Assembly (NCBI GenBank): GCA_040182905.1
Contig: JARQWU010000017.1
Span: 1-64,000, forward strand
Direction: 5' to 3'
DNA length: 64,000 nucleotides
Source: Barthelona sp. PAP020
Lineage: Eukaryota
Below are positions 1 through 9,529 of this stretch, piece by piece. The position numbers and the translations under genes were made by a program. The notes beneath the pieces are model-generated. The model ran no database searches. It was not told where the DNA came from and was given only the letters and a program-made list of their open reading frames with translations. Each line of letters starts with the position of its first letter. Within the stretch, counting starts at the first letter, position 1.

Positions 1-185
1 GAATCTTGGAAGGAAATTCAAAACCGACGGATGTTAATCCACGTAAAAGTTCATCATCTAAACCCATATCATCAAAATCCTCAATTTCCTACATGTTAGA
101 TACACTTAAATAATACACATACTTGGTTGTAATTTGAGATGAATGTTAATTGTTGTTGTTCTGATTGTTGTTCTTGGTCAGACAT
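1..185 (-). CDS. eIF4A: DEAD-box helicase eIF4A family, 5' part (exon 1 185-123, exon 2 88-<1; runs off the window)
   Basis: Not in the ORF track. Spliced translation MSDQEQQSEQQQLTFISNYNQ|EIEDFDDMGLDDELLRGLTSVGFEFPSKI matches the eIF4A Q-motif region (FDDMxLxxxLLRGxxxxGFExPSxIQ). eIF4A1 versus eIF4A3 cannot be resolved. Confidence 0.85.
89..122 (-). other. 34-nt spliceosomal intron in eIF4A
   Basis: GTATGT...TCTAAC-ATGTAG; removal restores the frame into the Q motif. Confidence 0.9.
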
Positions 186-449
186 AATAAAATAAAATAA
201 ATAAAATGAAAAGATCTTTATAAACCAAATTATATTTTTATTTCAAATGAGGAAATATTTAAATCAACAGACAATGATCACAATGGTGTAAAAAATAGTA
301 AATGATAAAAAATCTGCAAAAATCTCCGAAAGCAAAGAATGAAATTCTTTCACTTTCATTTCGTTTTAGACATATGTAAATAATGGATAAGAATTTTGAA
401 AAAAAACTGGAATATTACAAGTTTTTTTGTTTTCTTTTCTTATGACCAA

Positions 450-1202
450 ATGAAAGTTCTGTGTTATTTGTTTGTTTTTTTAATATGTATATTTTACTCT
501 TCTGCAACAAATTTGAAGATACCTCCATCAAAACATTTTGACATCAAATATTCCATTGGTGGTATGAATTTAAATGTTCCTGTTGAGCAATGTAGAATTA
601 TTGTTGGAGGGCAAAATAAAAAATTCAATTGTTGTTTGCCAATTATTGAGAATTTAACGGATACTCAATTACATGTTCATAGTCCTGATGAAAATACTCC
701 CACGATGTTTGACGTATTATCTTTGTTAGATGGTCAATGTGCTTTGTTTGTTACTGGTGGTTATCATGACTTTCAACTTTGTTTTAATAAAGATATTCAG
801 CAATTACATTTTGATGATGGAAAGTTGACAGCAAAATTTATAGTGGGAGAACCAGAAGATCAATCTTTTCATCGATATAACATAGATTTTGATGATCAAC
901 AGCAAAGAAATTATTTATCATTTAAATATACAAACGGCGAATTTTGTCCATCTATAAATGGTAATCGATCAGCAGAAGTTCGTGTCTTTTGTGGTCGAGT
1001 GGATAAATTTCAAATAAAAAGTGTTAAAGAAATAGGTACTTGTACATATTTGATTGAAGCTATTTCTCCCCTTTTATGTGAATTACCTGTGTTAAAACCT
1101 AGAGGGACATCTAAGCAATCTGTTCAATGTCAAATGATTTTAGGTGAAGGAGAAAAAATTATCCTAGGTGGCAATAATGGTGGTCCTTTTGTTTTTAAAT
1201 AA
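450..1202 (+). CDS. ER lectin with MRH domain (OS-9/XTP3-B/PRKCSH-like)
   Basis: Signal peptide from ATG 450; MRH pattern LDGQC...YHDFQLCFNKDIQQLH...YTNGEFC...RSAEVRVFC...EIGTCTY...SPLLC. Confidence 0.8.
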   Translation: MKVLCYLFVFLICIFYSSATNLKIPPSKHFDIKYSIGGMNLNVPVEQCRIIVGGQNKKFNCCLPIIENLTDTQLHVHSPDENTPTMFDVLSLLDGQCALFVTGGYHDFQLCFNKDIQQLHFDDGKLTAKFIVGEPEDQSFHRYNIDFDDQQQRNYLSFKYTNGEFCPSINGNRSAEVRVFCGRVDKFQIKSVKEIGTCTYLIEAISPLLCELPVLKPRGTSKQSVQCQMILGEGEKIILGGNNGGPFVFK

Positions 1203-1323
1203 ATTATGTTGTCATTTTGTTTTCTTTTTATGGGAATAAAATTTTTGCCTCAATTTTTTTTTTCCCAAAATTTTCATCTGTTATTGATTATAACAGATTA
1301 TTTTATATCTATATATATTCGAA

Positions 1324-2382
1324 ATGAGTTTTATCCCTCAGTTTATACGAAAAATTGTCTCACAAAAGCATCATCGAATGACTGATGAACAAACTGGATT
1401 AGATATTGATTTAACGTACATTACAAACAATGTTATTGCAATGTCATTTCCTGCTACTGATTTTAGAATGCTATTTCGTAACAATGCTTCTATGGTTGCT
1501 CAATATCTTGAACAATATCATAAAGGAAAGTATTTGATATTTAATTTAGCTGAAGAAACATATGACACGTCTTGTTTTGATCATCAAGTTTTGCATTTTG
1601 GATTTCCAGATCATCATCCTCCTACTTTATTGATTGCGGTTCAAATTTTGGTTGCAATGAAGGCATGGTTACAAGAAGATCCTCTTCATGTTGCTGTTGT
1701 TCATTGTTTGGCAGGAAAAGGACGAACTGGAACATTAATATCTTCCTATTTACTTTGGTCTGGGAAATTTTACAAAGCTATTGATGCTATTGAATTCTTT
1801 GCGAATCAACGGAATGCTGAAGCCAATGGAGTGTCTAATCCGTCTCAAATCAGATATGTTGAATATATTGCTGACTTGCTTCACAATACAATTCCTCCGC
1901 ATAATGTCAGTTATCGAATTGAAAAGATTATATTGAGTCCTATACCTAAATTTGATGGAAATGGTTGCAATCCTGTTTTGGAGATATTTGAAGATTTTGA
2001 GTTGAAACATGTTATAGACCCTGACATACCTTATAATAGTATGGACAGTTGTATTTCTTTGAATGTAGGAAAGATAGTTCATGGTGATTTTATGCTAAAG
2101 TTCTTTCACAAACATCTAATGTTGGGGAAAAAAGAAATGTTCCATATTTGTTTGAACACATCTTTCTTAGAAACACTGGAGGAAGTGCGTAATTCGTCAA
2201 GTGGTTTTTCCAAAAGTTATGGGAAAAAAATGTTGGATAAAGCATACAAATCCTCCAAATTTTCGGACAATTTCCGGATGATCATTGTTTTTGAAAGATG
2301 GAATGTATTTGAACAACCCCCAGAATGGTATTCCTTTGTACCTCATGTGGAAGAGAATCAAACAGATAATTTGGTTGTTTGA
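1324..2382 (+). CDS. PTEN: PTEN-like phosphoinositide phosphatase with C2 domain
   Basis: DLTYIT, FPDHHPP, catalytic HCLAGKGRTG, PSQIRYV, followed by a PTEN-type C2 domain. Confidence 0.9.
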   Translation: MSFIPQFIRKIVSQKHHRMTDEQTGLDIDLTYITNNVIAMSFPATDFRMLFRNNASMVAQYLEQYHKGKYLIFNLAEETYDTSCFDHQVLHFGFPDHHPPTLLIAVQILVAMKAWLQEDPLHVAVVHCLAGKGRTGTLISSYLLWSGKFYKAIDAIEFFANQRNAEANGVSNPSQIRYVEYIADLLHNTIPPHNVSYRIEKIILSPIPKFDGNGCNPVLEIFEDFELKHVIDPDIPYNSMDSCISLNVGKIVHGDFMLKFFHKHLMLGKKEMFHICLNTSFLETLEEVRNSSSGFSKSYGKKMLDKAYKSSKFSDNFRMIIVFERWNVFEQPPEWYSFVPHVEENQTDNLVV

Positions 2383-2470
2383 TTTATGAGTGTTGCTGTT
2401 TCCGTTTAGTCATTTTGTAAATATTTTAAAAAAAAAAGGATCTGTTTTTCTGCTTTTTATTTTTCGAGTT

Positions 2471-3043
2471 CTAAATATCTATGATGTATGTTTCACCATT
2501 AACTGCTTGTTTTTCTTCAATAACCGGTTTATTTTCTTTTGAAAAGTAATAGAAAATGTCAAAATCATATAGCATTACAGTTTCTTTCTCTCTTTCGTAA
2601 GAAAATTTTTTCCTTTCTGCAAAAATTGAATCCTTTTTTTCAGTGTATTGTCCATGAATCTTAAGAGTAAATTTACCTTTATATTTTGAATTTAAGCTTC
2701 GAATATGACTTTGTAAGGGATATAAATCAGGACCTCCAACATAAGCACCTGCCAAGATGCAAATACCAACGAACATCAAAACAAATGCCAAAATACCGAA
2801 CCATATTCCGATAAAAAATATCCCCAAATATATGGCAAGTAAGGAAATAATCACAACAAAAGTTGAAATAGTCCAAAAACCACATCTGCTCATTACTTTT
2901 GGAATTAAATCACTTGTTGATCTTAATATTTCCTGAAATTCTTCAAAACTCAATTTTGATTGAAGATCTTCTGGAAATTCATTAAAATTATACCCACAAC
3001 CTGTTGATTCTTTAAGTTTTTGATCAAATGCTATCAAACCCAT
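2471..3043 (-). CDS. Small membrane protein, Golgin-A7/ERF4-like N-terminus
   Basis: First ATG at 3043; YNFNEFPEDLQSKLSFEEFQEIL resembles the ERF4/GOLGA7 motif; two hydrophobic helices follow. Confidence 0.5.
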   Translation of the reverse strand: MGLIAFDQKLKESTGCGYNFNEFPEDLQSKLSFEEFQEILRSTSDLIPKVMSRCGFWTISTFVVIISLLAIYLGIFFIGIWFGILAFVLMFVGICILAGAYVGGPDLYPLQSHIRSLNSKYKGKFTLKIHGQYTEKKDSIFAERKKFSYEREKETVMLYDFDIFYYFSKENKPVIEEKQAVNGETYIIDI

Positions 3044-3202
3044 AATAATGAAAGTGATGAAGGAAGTAAATTTGAGAATTTTTGATTTTTTCAAACAGAT
3101 TTTTTCCTTCAAGAATAAACGAAAAAAATAATTTTACAATTAAAGTGGATTTTTCACAGGATTCCAAAAATAATAAAGGGTCATTAGGGAAGTTCCATTC
3201 AA

Positions 3203-4612
3203 TTATTGATTGTGAAGCAACAAATAATAGAACTCAATAATTATTATAGCCAAAAAAGCTGTAAGATAAATTATAACATTAACATAAGAGATTTCTGATT
3301 CAACCAAACCACAATTTTGATTGAATTCTTGATTATTAACAATTGGATTCAAACAAATCAAAGTTTCTTCATTCACATCAGCAGCAAGAGATAAATCAAT
3401 AAAATCAACACAATAAATACCAATTAAATCTGAATTTTGATCAACAATAGTTTTGGTTAAGGTGGTTACATTGCCTAAACCTTTAATATCTTTGTAAGGA
3501 CTGGACCAAGTGGGGTTATGTTCCAGATGTTTCACATCGTTCAACATTGCTTTTGTTAAACCAAACGATAAGTCCTCAATTTTAGTTTTATGATAAGACC
3601 CTCTGAACGTACAAGCTATTTGTTGTAACCATTCTCCATCACTTTCTCCAACATTGAAAGTGTGAATGGTAAGATTCAACCCAAGAGCTAGAGGCTTCAA
3701 TTGATTTATTATTACTAACGAATTCTCTTCCCAACCAGCAGATATCAATATAATGATATCATGACAATTATTTGTAAAGTTATTTTGCTTGGATTTTTTC
3801 ATTATCTGTACAGCTTCAAGCAAACCATTTGTAGTGTCCGCTTTACCAAAAAAAGATATGTTGTTAATTTTGGAAAGCCATTCTTCTTTCAAACTATCAA
3901 TTGGATGTTCAAGATACTCATTCCAGCTGTTAACATCATCAGCAAAAGTAATAAACTGTGCAAAATCTTTTTCATGTAATGTTTCCAATATTTGAGCAAG
4001 CATTTCCTTCAATTTTGCTTCACTTGAGGCCGTGCGTAATCTTTGAGAAACGTCAAAAACAATTACAATATCTTTCACTCCTATTAAAGAATGACGATAC
4101 CAAGGTCGAGATACAGGGTTATAATTGCTAAAACAAGAGATATTGTAAGACACACAATCACCCAAAGAATAATCTCCGTTATAATATCTAGTTCCAGGAT
4201 ATGAAATTGTAGTTCCATCAAGAAGAGTTGAATATTGCCAACCAATAATATTTTCAAAAGCAAAATGAACTTCTTTTGTTTTTGAAACAATTTGACCAAC
4301 AGAACTTTCCAAATTCCTGTTAGAGGTTTGACCAGAGATGTGATTTAAATCGATTTGTGAACCACTGCATCCACATGTGGTCATGTTTGGAAAATTAGTT
4401 GACTGAACACAAGGAATATTAACCCCATCTTCTTCATCACATTCGTGAATCATTTTGATTGAATTATTCAAATAATTTGTTGGATTGGAATATATATACC
4501 CTAATTCATTGATTACAATGTTCACTTTTTCCTCAATTGCAATCTTTCTGTCATCGTAGGAATTAATCGATGTTATAAAGCATGTAATAAAAATCAATGC
4601 ATATAAATACAT
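3203..4612 (-). CDS. Cache-VWA domain surface protein (alpha2delta/CACHD1-like)
   Basis: Signal peptide; YNPVSRPWY then KDIVIVFDVS (VWA start); LQQIAC; WSSPYKD...LG; C-terminal TM helix. Confidence 0.8.
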   Translation of the reverse strand: MYLYALIFITCFITSINSYDDRKIAIEEKVNIVINELGYIYSNPTNYLNNSIKMIHECDEEDGVNIPCVQSTNFPNMTTCGCSGSQIDLNHISGQTSNRNLESSVGQIVSKTKEVHFAFENIIGWQYSTLLDGTTISYPGTRYYNGDYSLGDCVSYNISCFSNYNPVSRPWYRHSLIGVKDIVIVFDVSQRLRTASSEAKLKEMLAQILETLHEKDFAQFITFADDVNSWNEYLEHPIDSLKEEWLSKINNISFFGKADTTNGLLEAVQIMKKSKQNNFTNNCHDIIILISAGWEENSLVIINQLKPLALGLNLTIHTFNVGESDGEWLQQIACTFRGSYHKTKIEDLSFGLTKAMLNDVKHLEHNPTWSSPYKDIKGLGNVTTLTKTIVDQNSDLIGIYCVDFIDLSLAADVNEETLICLNPIVNNQEFNQNCGLVESEISYVNVIIYLTAFLAIIIIEFYYLLLHNQ

Positions 4613-4800
4613 TTGTTGAACATTAAATTAATCAAATAGCTGAATAAAATCTCCACATTCAAGATACTCTCAGAAAAGTGTTTATCTATTTTTTTTGTGG
4701 ACTTTTTTTTCAATCAAAAGATCTATTTATGTCTTTGGAATTTTATTTGGAATGTCAGTTGAAAGCAATTTTTGAAAAAAAAGATGGTTCAATCCTGAAT

Positions 4801-5550
4801 TCAAATTTTATATATTTTCTGTAAAAATAACTCCTTTGAAGGCAAATTTGATATTTTTGTAGAAAATGACAGAGATTCACCATTTTCATCTGACAATGAC
4901 AAAGTGAAATGTCTGATAGCTTCGTTATTTTCATTCTTTATTCCTAATTCTTCACATACATTGTCTAAAATTCTGCCTAAAATAGTGTGTTCTGAATAAA
5001 AGAAAATTTTATTTTGAAAATTTAAGTTTTCACCTGCATGAACCTTTATATAAAACCTTTGTCCTTTAGGAATGTTTTTATTCCCGATAATGTTTTGAAT
5101 TTCTCTGGTATGTTTAATTTTGCTGATACTAATTTTTTGTTTTTGTACAGAAATACATTCATGCTTATTTCTATGTTTTACACAATATTTTTTTCCACAA
5201 GTAATACATTTTTGAATTGAATATTTTCCACAAGAATCAAATTCACACTTTGGCAATGACTTTTTTCTGAGAACAGGATTTGGATCGAACTGACACTTAT
5301 TTTCAATATGTTCATCCACTCTTTTCTCGTATGCATCATCTGTTTCATTATGATGTCTGACAAAAAGATACTCACATAGGGGACAAGCAAAGTTGGAACC
5401 ATTTGATCTATTCCTCAATTCTTCATTAAAATATACGGGACAGTTGTGATTTTCAACAACCCAATGATCATTACAAAATGATTTTGAACAGTATTCACAA
5501 TTGTTTGGCAATATTAAGTATTTTGAACATTCATGACAATGCTTTGTCAT
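4801..5550 (-). CDS. AN1-type zinc finger protein (ZFAND1/2, Cuz1-like)
   Basis: Two AN1 fingers (CxxC...CxxCxxxFCxxH...HxC), a central CPLC...HIENKC finger and a ubiquitin-like C-terminus; likely ATG 5550. Confidence 0.8.
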   Translation of the reverse strand: MTKHCHECSKYLILPNNCEYCSKSFCNDHWVVENHNCPVYFNEELRNRSNGSNFACPLCEYLFVRHHNETDDAYEKRVDEHIENKCQFDPNPVLRKKSLPKCEFDSCGKYSIQKCITCGKKYCVKHRNKHECISVQKQKISISKIKHTREIQNIIGNKNIPKGQRFYIKVHAGENLNFQNKIFFYSEHTILGRILDNVCEELGIKNENNEAIRHFTLSLSDENGESLSFSTKISNLPSKELFLQKIYKI

Positions 5551-5777
5551 TCGTATCTTAATATAGAAATAAAAATGGAAGTGTTTTGATGTGAATAAAT
5601 GCTTGAGCAATGGATAAAAAAAAATGAGCAGCAGCTCAGCAAATTCCAACCTCATCTTTCATGTTTTCTTTTCATAAATATCAGTAATTGAAGGTGTTTT
5701 GTATTCTAAATTCTATTAAATTAATTAAAAGCAAACCATTTGATGATTAAATCATATTGTTTATTATTTTATGTTCA

Positions 5778-6767
5778 ATGGAAAAATATCAAAAATTTAC
5801 TGATCAATCATGTGGAATTAATCCTTTTATGCCTCTTTCTGAACCTGTTAAACCAAAAAGGTCAATTATGGTTCGTTTTGTATCTTTCATTTTCAAAATT
5901 CCATTTTTGATGGTTTTTACTTTGATTAGAATTTTATTTTTGTATTTATGGATAATTTGGGGATCATTTGTTCAATTACTAACAAAATTATTGCTTCCTT
6001 TTCAAATAAAAAGTTTGCTTCGTATATTACTCAATAAATCATTTACATTTTTGATTGGATTATGTTTAGGAACATTTGAAACAAAAATTAAGTTTGGTAA
6101 AGCCAAAAATGCACGATTTGGTAAAACAAAAAGCATTGAATTCAAGCGAGGAGATTTGATCTTAACCTCATTCACTGGATTTATGGATTTGTTGTCAATA
6201 TCTAATCATTATTCAAATAGTGTGTTTGCATTTCCTTCACCCAATAATAATAGAGTTGTATTAACGTCATTGCCATTTTATATGTTGACAAAATTAACTC
6301 CTTTTTTCTTTTTATCTGTTTTAAACACCACAGTTTCATTGGATGAGGCTATCAATTTTGGCTATAAAAATGGTTGTCAGATTATCTTGTTAGTTGAGGG
6401 TTGTCCTACTAATTCAAAAGGTTTGATTGGTTTTCAAAATGTTTTTCAAAATTTTTCAAAATTACCTCACAAACCTGGTATTTTTGGAATTTGTACGAAT
6501 TCTTCGCCAAATGGAATTCAAACTGTTGATTCTCTTTTGATTTTTATTTTGAAAAGGTTATTGTCATATAAATCTGTCAAAAATACGATTAATATTGGAA
6601 AAATTAGTTTTACTTTCCCAGAAAGTGAAGATGAAGATGATATTAGTGATTTTATTGAGGAATTGGAACAATCAATGTCTTTATTGGGTGAAAGACCAAT
6701 GACTGGTTTCACAAAGAAAGACGCTTTAGAATTTCAGCGATTGTTCAAACAAAATAAAAATAAATAA
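5778..6767 (+). CDS. Lysophospholipid acyltransferase, LOA1/VPS66-like
   Basis: N-terminal MEKYQKFTDQSCGINPF matches the LOA1-type start; EGCPTNSKGL acyltransferase motif; N-terminal TM region. Confidence 0.75.
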   Translation: MEKYQKFTDQSCGINPFMPLSEPVKPKRSIMVRFVSFIFKIPFLMVFTLIRILFLYLWIIWGSFVQLLTKLLLPFQIKSLLRILLNKSFTFLIGLCLGTFETKIKFGKAKNARFGKTKSIEFKRGDLILTSFTGFMDLLSISNHYSNSVFAFPSPNNNRVVLTSLPFYMLTKLTPFFFLSVLNTTVSLDEAINFGYKNGCQIILLVEGCPTNSKGLIGFQNVFQNFSKLPHKPGIFGICTNSSPNGIQTVDSLLIFILKRLLSYKSVKNTINIGKISFTFPESEDEDDISDFIEELEQSMSLLGERPMTGFTKKDALEFQRLFKQNKNK

Positions 6768-6982
6768 GTTTTTTCTTTTGTTTTAATAAATTCTTCAAAA
6801 AGAATATTTTAAAATTAACAGAAAAGTCAACTACACATTTTATTTTTCATTAACAAAGAAATTAATAATTCATATGTTCTGCTTATAAAACATCTTTTCA
6901 ATTTGATAGTAAAGACAAATTTTGAGTGACAGATAAAACATGATTTCAGTTCAGTTTTTTTTTATTTTAATGAAAATTATTC

Positions 6983-8638
6983 ATGGATAAGAGGAAAAGA
7001 AAATATGCGGCAGCAAGACCGTATCGTCGTCCTTGGACCCATTTTGAAGAATATAGAATCAAAAAAGCCATCTTTTATTTGGGAAAAGATTTTAATCGTA
7101 TTGAACCATTTCTTGGAACAAGAGAATCTTGGCAAATTCGTTCTTATGTTCGATCTTTATCAAATAAGACACAATTATCTGCCAAATTAATACATGATGA
7201 TGACAATTTTCATTGGAATGAAAAAGAAATAGCTTTATTTATTGAAGGATTAACAATTTATGGAAAAGGTAATTGGAAAGAGATTAGTAAATTAATTGGT
7301 ACCAGATCTGGTGTTCAAATTCGAAGTTTTTTCAAGAAATTTACTACCATAGTGAATCGCTTTAATGATAAGGTTAAATTTATGCTTGAATTAAGTTGCC
7401 CAAATAGTTATCAATTATTATTAGCAAATTATCGTTTTATGGCTGTAAATGATGTAAAACGAATCCAAAGAACGCATCCAACTGCTAATAAGAAGTTACG
7501 TGCAGCATGGGGTATTATTCTACAAGAAAAATTAATGGAAATGAATATTAAACCATTTAGAAAGCAAGATTTCGAACCAAAATTGATTCCTAAGATACAA
7601 TCTGGATTTTCTTTTTATCATAAAGGGTCAAATGAAGGCATATTGTCTTCACAATCGAAATTGCGGATAGATCTGAATCACATATCCAAAAAGAGAATAT
7701 TGGTTCCAAATTCAAAAACCAAAGTGAAATACCGTCCTTATAAATTTGATTTGAAAAGAACCAAGAGTCATTCTACTGGTGTTTTTTCTGACACACCAGT
7801 ATTCATTTTGCAAAATAACATTTATCCATTTATGTTAGCAAATAATCCTGTTTCTAGGTATGAAAACAAAGAAATGTTTCAATATTTTACTGTGGAATTC
7901 CCCTCAATTGTTGCAGCAATCGTTGATATGGAATTCAATCTCATTTCGGATCACATTAGTCTTTTATTAGGTTCTTTTGATGCTTATACTTCGCAGTATA
8001 TCATAAAAGATATAATTATATTGGAAAAGTCAGTTATTGAGAAGTTTTCTTCGGGTGAAACATCATCTTTTGATTTTGAGTGTAGTGAAGAGACAATGTA
8101 TCCCATTGGTATTATTGATCATTCTGAATCAAGATTTCCATTGCAAGATGATTTGGAAAAGTTTTATTCGTATTCTTCCTTTGTTTCCTCTTTCTATTCT
8201 TCTTCCATGGAATTTCCAGGATTATTATTGGGTCTTGTTACCAAAGAAAACAAGTTTGCTTGCTCTTTTTATTGCTGTAATTTCAAGCATCAATTATCTC
8301 ATAGTCAAACGTCATTACCTTTGATACTTCCCATTAAGTATCATCACATATTATCCAAAGATAGAAAAGATTTTAATTTATTGTTTGAAAAAGGAACAGA
8401 AATAGTTGACATTTTTTTCAGCAATTTTTCCCAAAATAATGAACTTTATGAAATTCCTGAAATTTTTCAAAACATATTGGAAAGATTATCGTTTATTTTT
8501 TCTCAAAAGTGTAATTGTTATGAATCTTTAATTGCTTCTTTCTTTTTGCAACGATTTATTCGTCAATGGATTTTAAATTTTGAAAAATTCGATGATAATC
8601 ACATTCCGTTGTTACAAGAATTTGCCAAATCAATTTAA
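6983..8638 (+). CDS. Myb/SANT repeat protein with a possible degenerate MPN domain (MYSM1-like)
   Basis: Two Myb repeats (WTHFEE...GTRESWQIRSY; WNEKEIALFIEGLTIYGKGNWKEISKLIGTRS); C-terminal LLLGSFD...PIGIIDHS resembles an MPN fold. Confidence 0.65.
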   Translation: MDKRKRKYAAARPYRRPWTHFEEYRIKKAIFYLGKDFNRIEPFLGTRESWQIRSYVRSLSNKTQLSAKLIHDDDNFHWNEKEIALFIEGLTIYGKGNWKEISKLIGTRSGVQIRSFFKKFTTIVNRFNDKVKFMLELSCPNSYQLLLANYRFMAVNDVKRIQRTHPTANKKLRAAWGIILQEKLMEMNIKPFRKQDFEPKLIPKIQSGFSFYHKGSNEGILSSQSKLRIDLNHISKKRILVPNSKTKVKYRPYKFDLKRTKSHSTGVFSDTPVFILQNNIYPFMLANNPVSRYENKEMFQYFTVEFPSIVAAIVDMEFNLISDHISLLLGSFDAYTSQYIIKDIIILEKSVIEKFSSGETSSFDFECSEETMYPIGIIDHSESRFPLQDDLEKFYSYSSFVSSFYSSSMEFPGLLLGLVTKENKFACSFYCCNFKHQLSHSQTSLPLILPIKYHHILSKDRKDFNLLFEKGTEIVDIFFSNFSQNNELYEIPEIFQNILERLSFIFSQKCNCYESLIASFFLQRFIRQWILNFEKFDDNHIPLLQEFAKSI

Positions 8639-8827
8639 TCAAGTTCAATTTCTCAAACAGTATTCCAATAAACAAGTATTTTTTTTTGCTTTTTTTTTAT
8701 TGAAATATCTTGAAGCGGTTTATTTTTTTATCATTTTTTTCTTCACATCATAAAATAGAAGCGAGGGACAAAAATATAAAGTTTTTGATGGTTTTTATTA
8801 ATTTCATTTTTTTAATTAATATAATTT

Positions 8828-9376
8828 ATGATCTGGGAAGGTTGGATTATTGTCCTTATTAGTGTAAGTACAAGCATTATTGTTGAGATTATTTCATGGT
8901 TTGCGGTGTATAGAACTGAAAATTATCAAAGTTTAAGAAATAGAGCTGAAAAACTCACAAAAGAATTTGAAAGATTTCAAGCTGATCCAACTTTGGCTCA
9001 AAGAAAAAGTGAAGCAAAAAGAAAACAGCATGTGGAGTCCAATTTACAAGAAGTTCATAGAAAACTTCTTTTTCGAACTTTACTCACAAATGTTCTTTTA
9101 GGAGTTGTTACTTTTGTTATATATAGAATAATTCGCTCTAAATTTTCTGGTATTGTTGTTGCAAAATTACCTTTTCAGCCTATTGGTATCATTAGAGGTA
9201 TGACTCATCGTGGTCTTGAAGGAAATGATTACACTGAATGTTCATTTGTCTTTATTTATTCTTTGTTATCAATGAGTTTCCGTCAAACTTTGAAAAAGTT
9301 TTTGGATAATGTTCCACCCAAAAATCCCGTTAGTTTTGCCAACAGAATGCAGGAACGCGCTGAAAAAGACATGTGA
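8828..9376 (+). CDS. TMCO1: TMCO1 (Oxa1-superfamily ER membrane protein)
   Basis: WFAVYRTENY, FSGIVVAKLPFQPI, HRGLEGNDYTECSFVFIY signature segments. Confidence 0.92.
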   Translation: MIWEGWIIVLISVSTSIIVEIISWFAVYRTENYQSLRNRAEKLTKEFERFQADPTLAQRKSEAKRKQHVESNLQEVHRKLLFRTLLTNVLLGVVTFVIYRIIRSKFSGIVVAKLPFQPIGIIRGMTHRGLEGNDYTECSFVFIYSLLSMSFRQTLKKFLDNVPPKNPVSFANRMQERAEKDM

Positions 9377-9529
9377 TTTTCCTTTTTGTTGAATAAATGT
9401 TTTTCGATCATTTCTTTTTTTTTTTTGACAAATGAAAGAAAAATTTTGTTATTTACTTTTTTTTCCTTCGGCTTATTGTACAATTTTCAAAACAAAACAA
9501 AAAAACTGGTTGAAAAATTAAAAAAAAAT

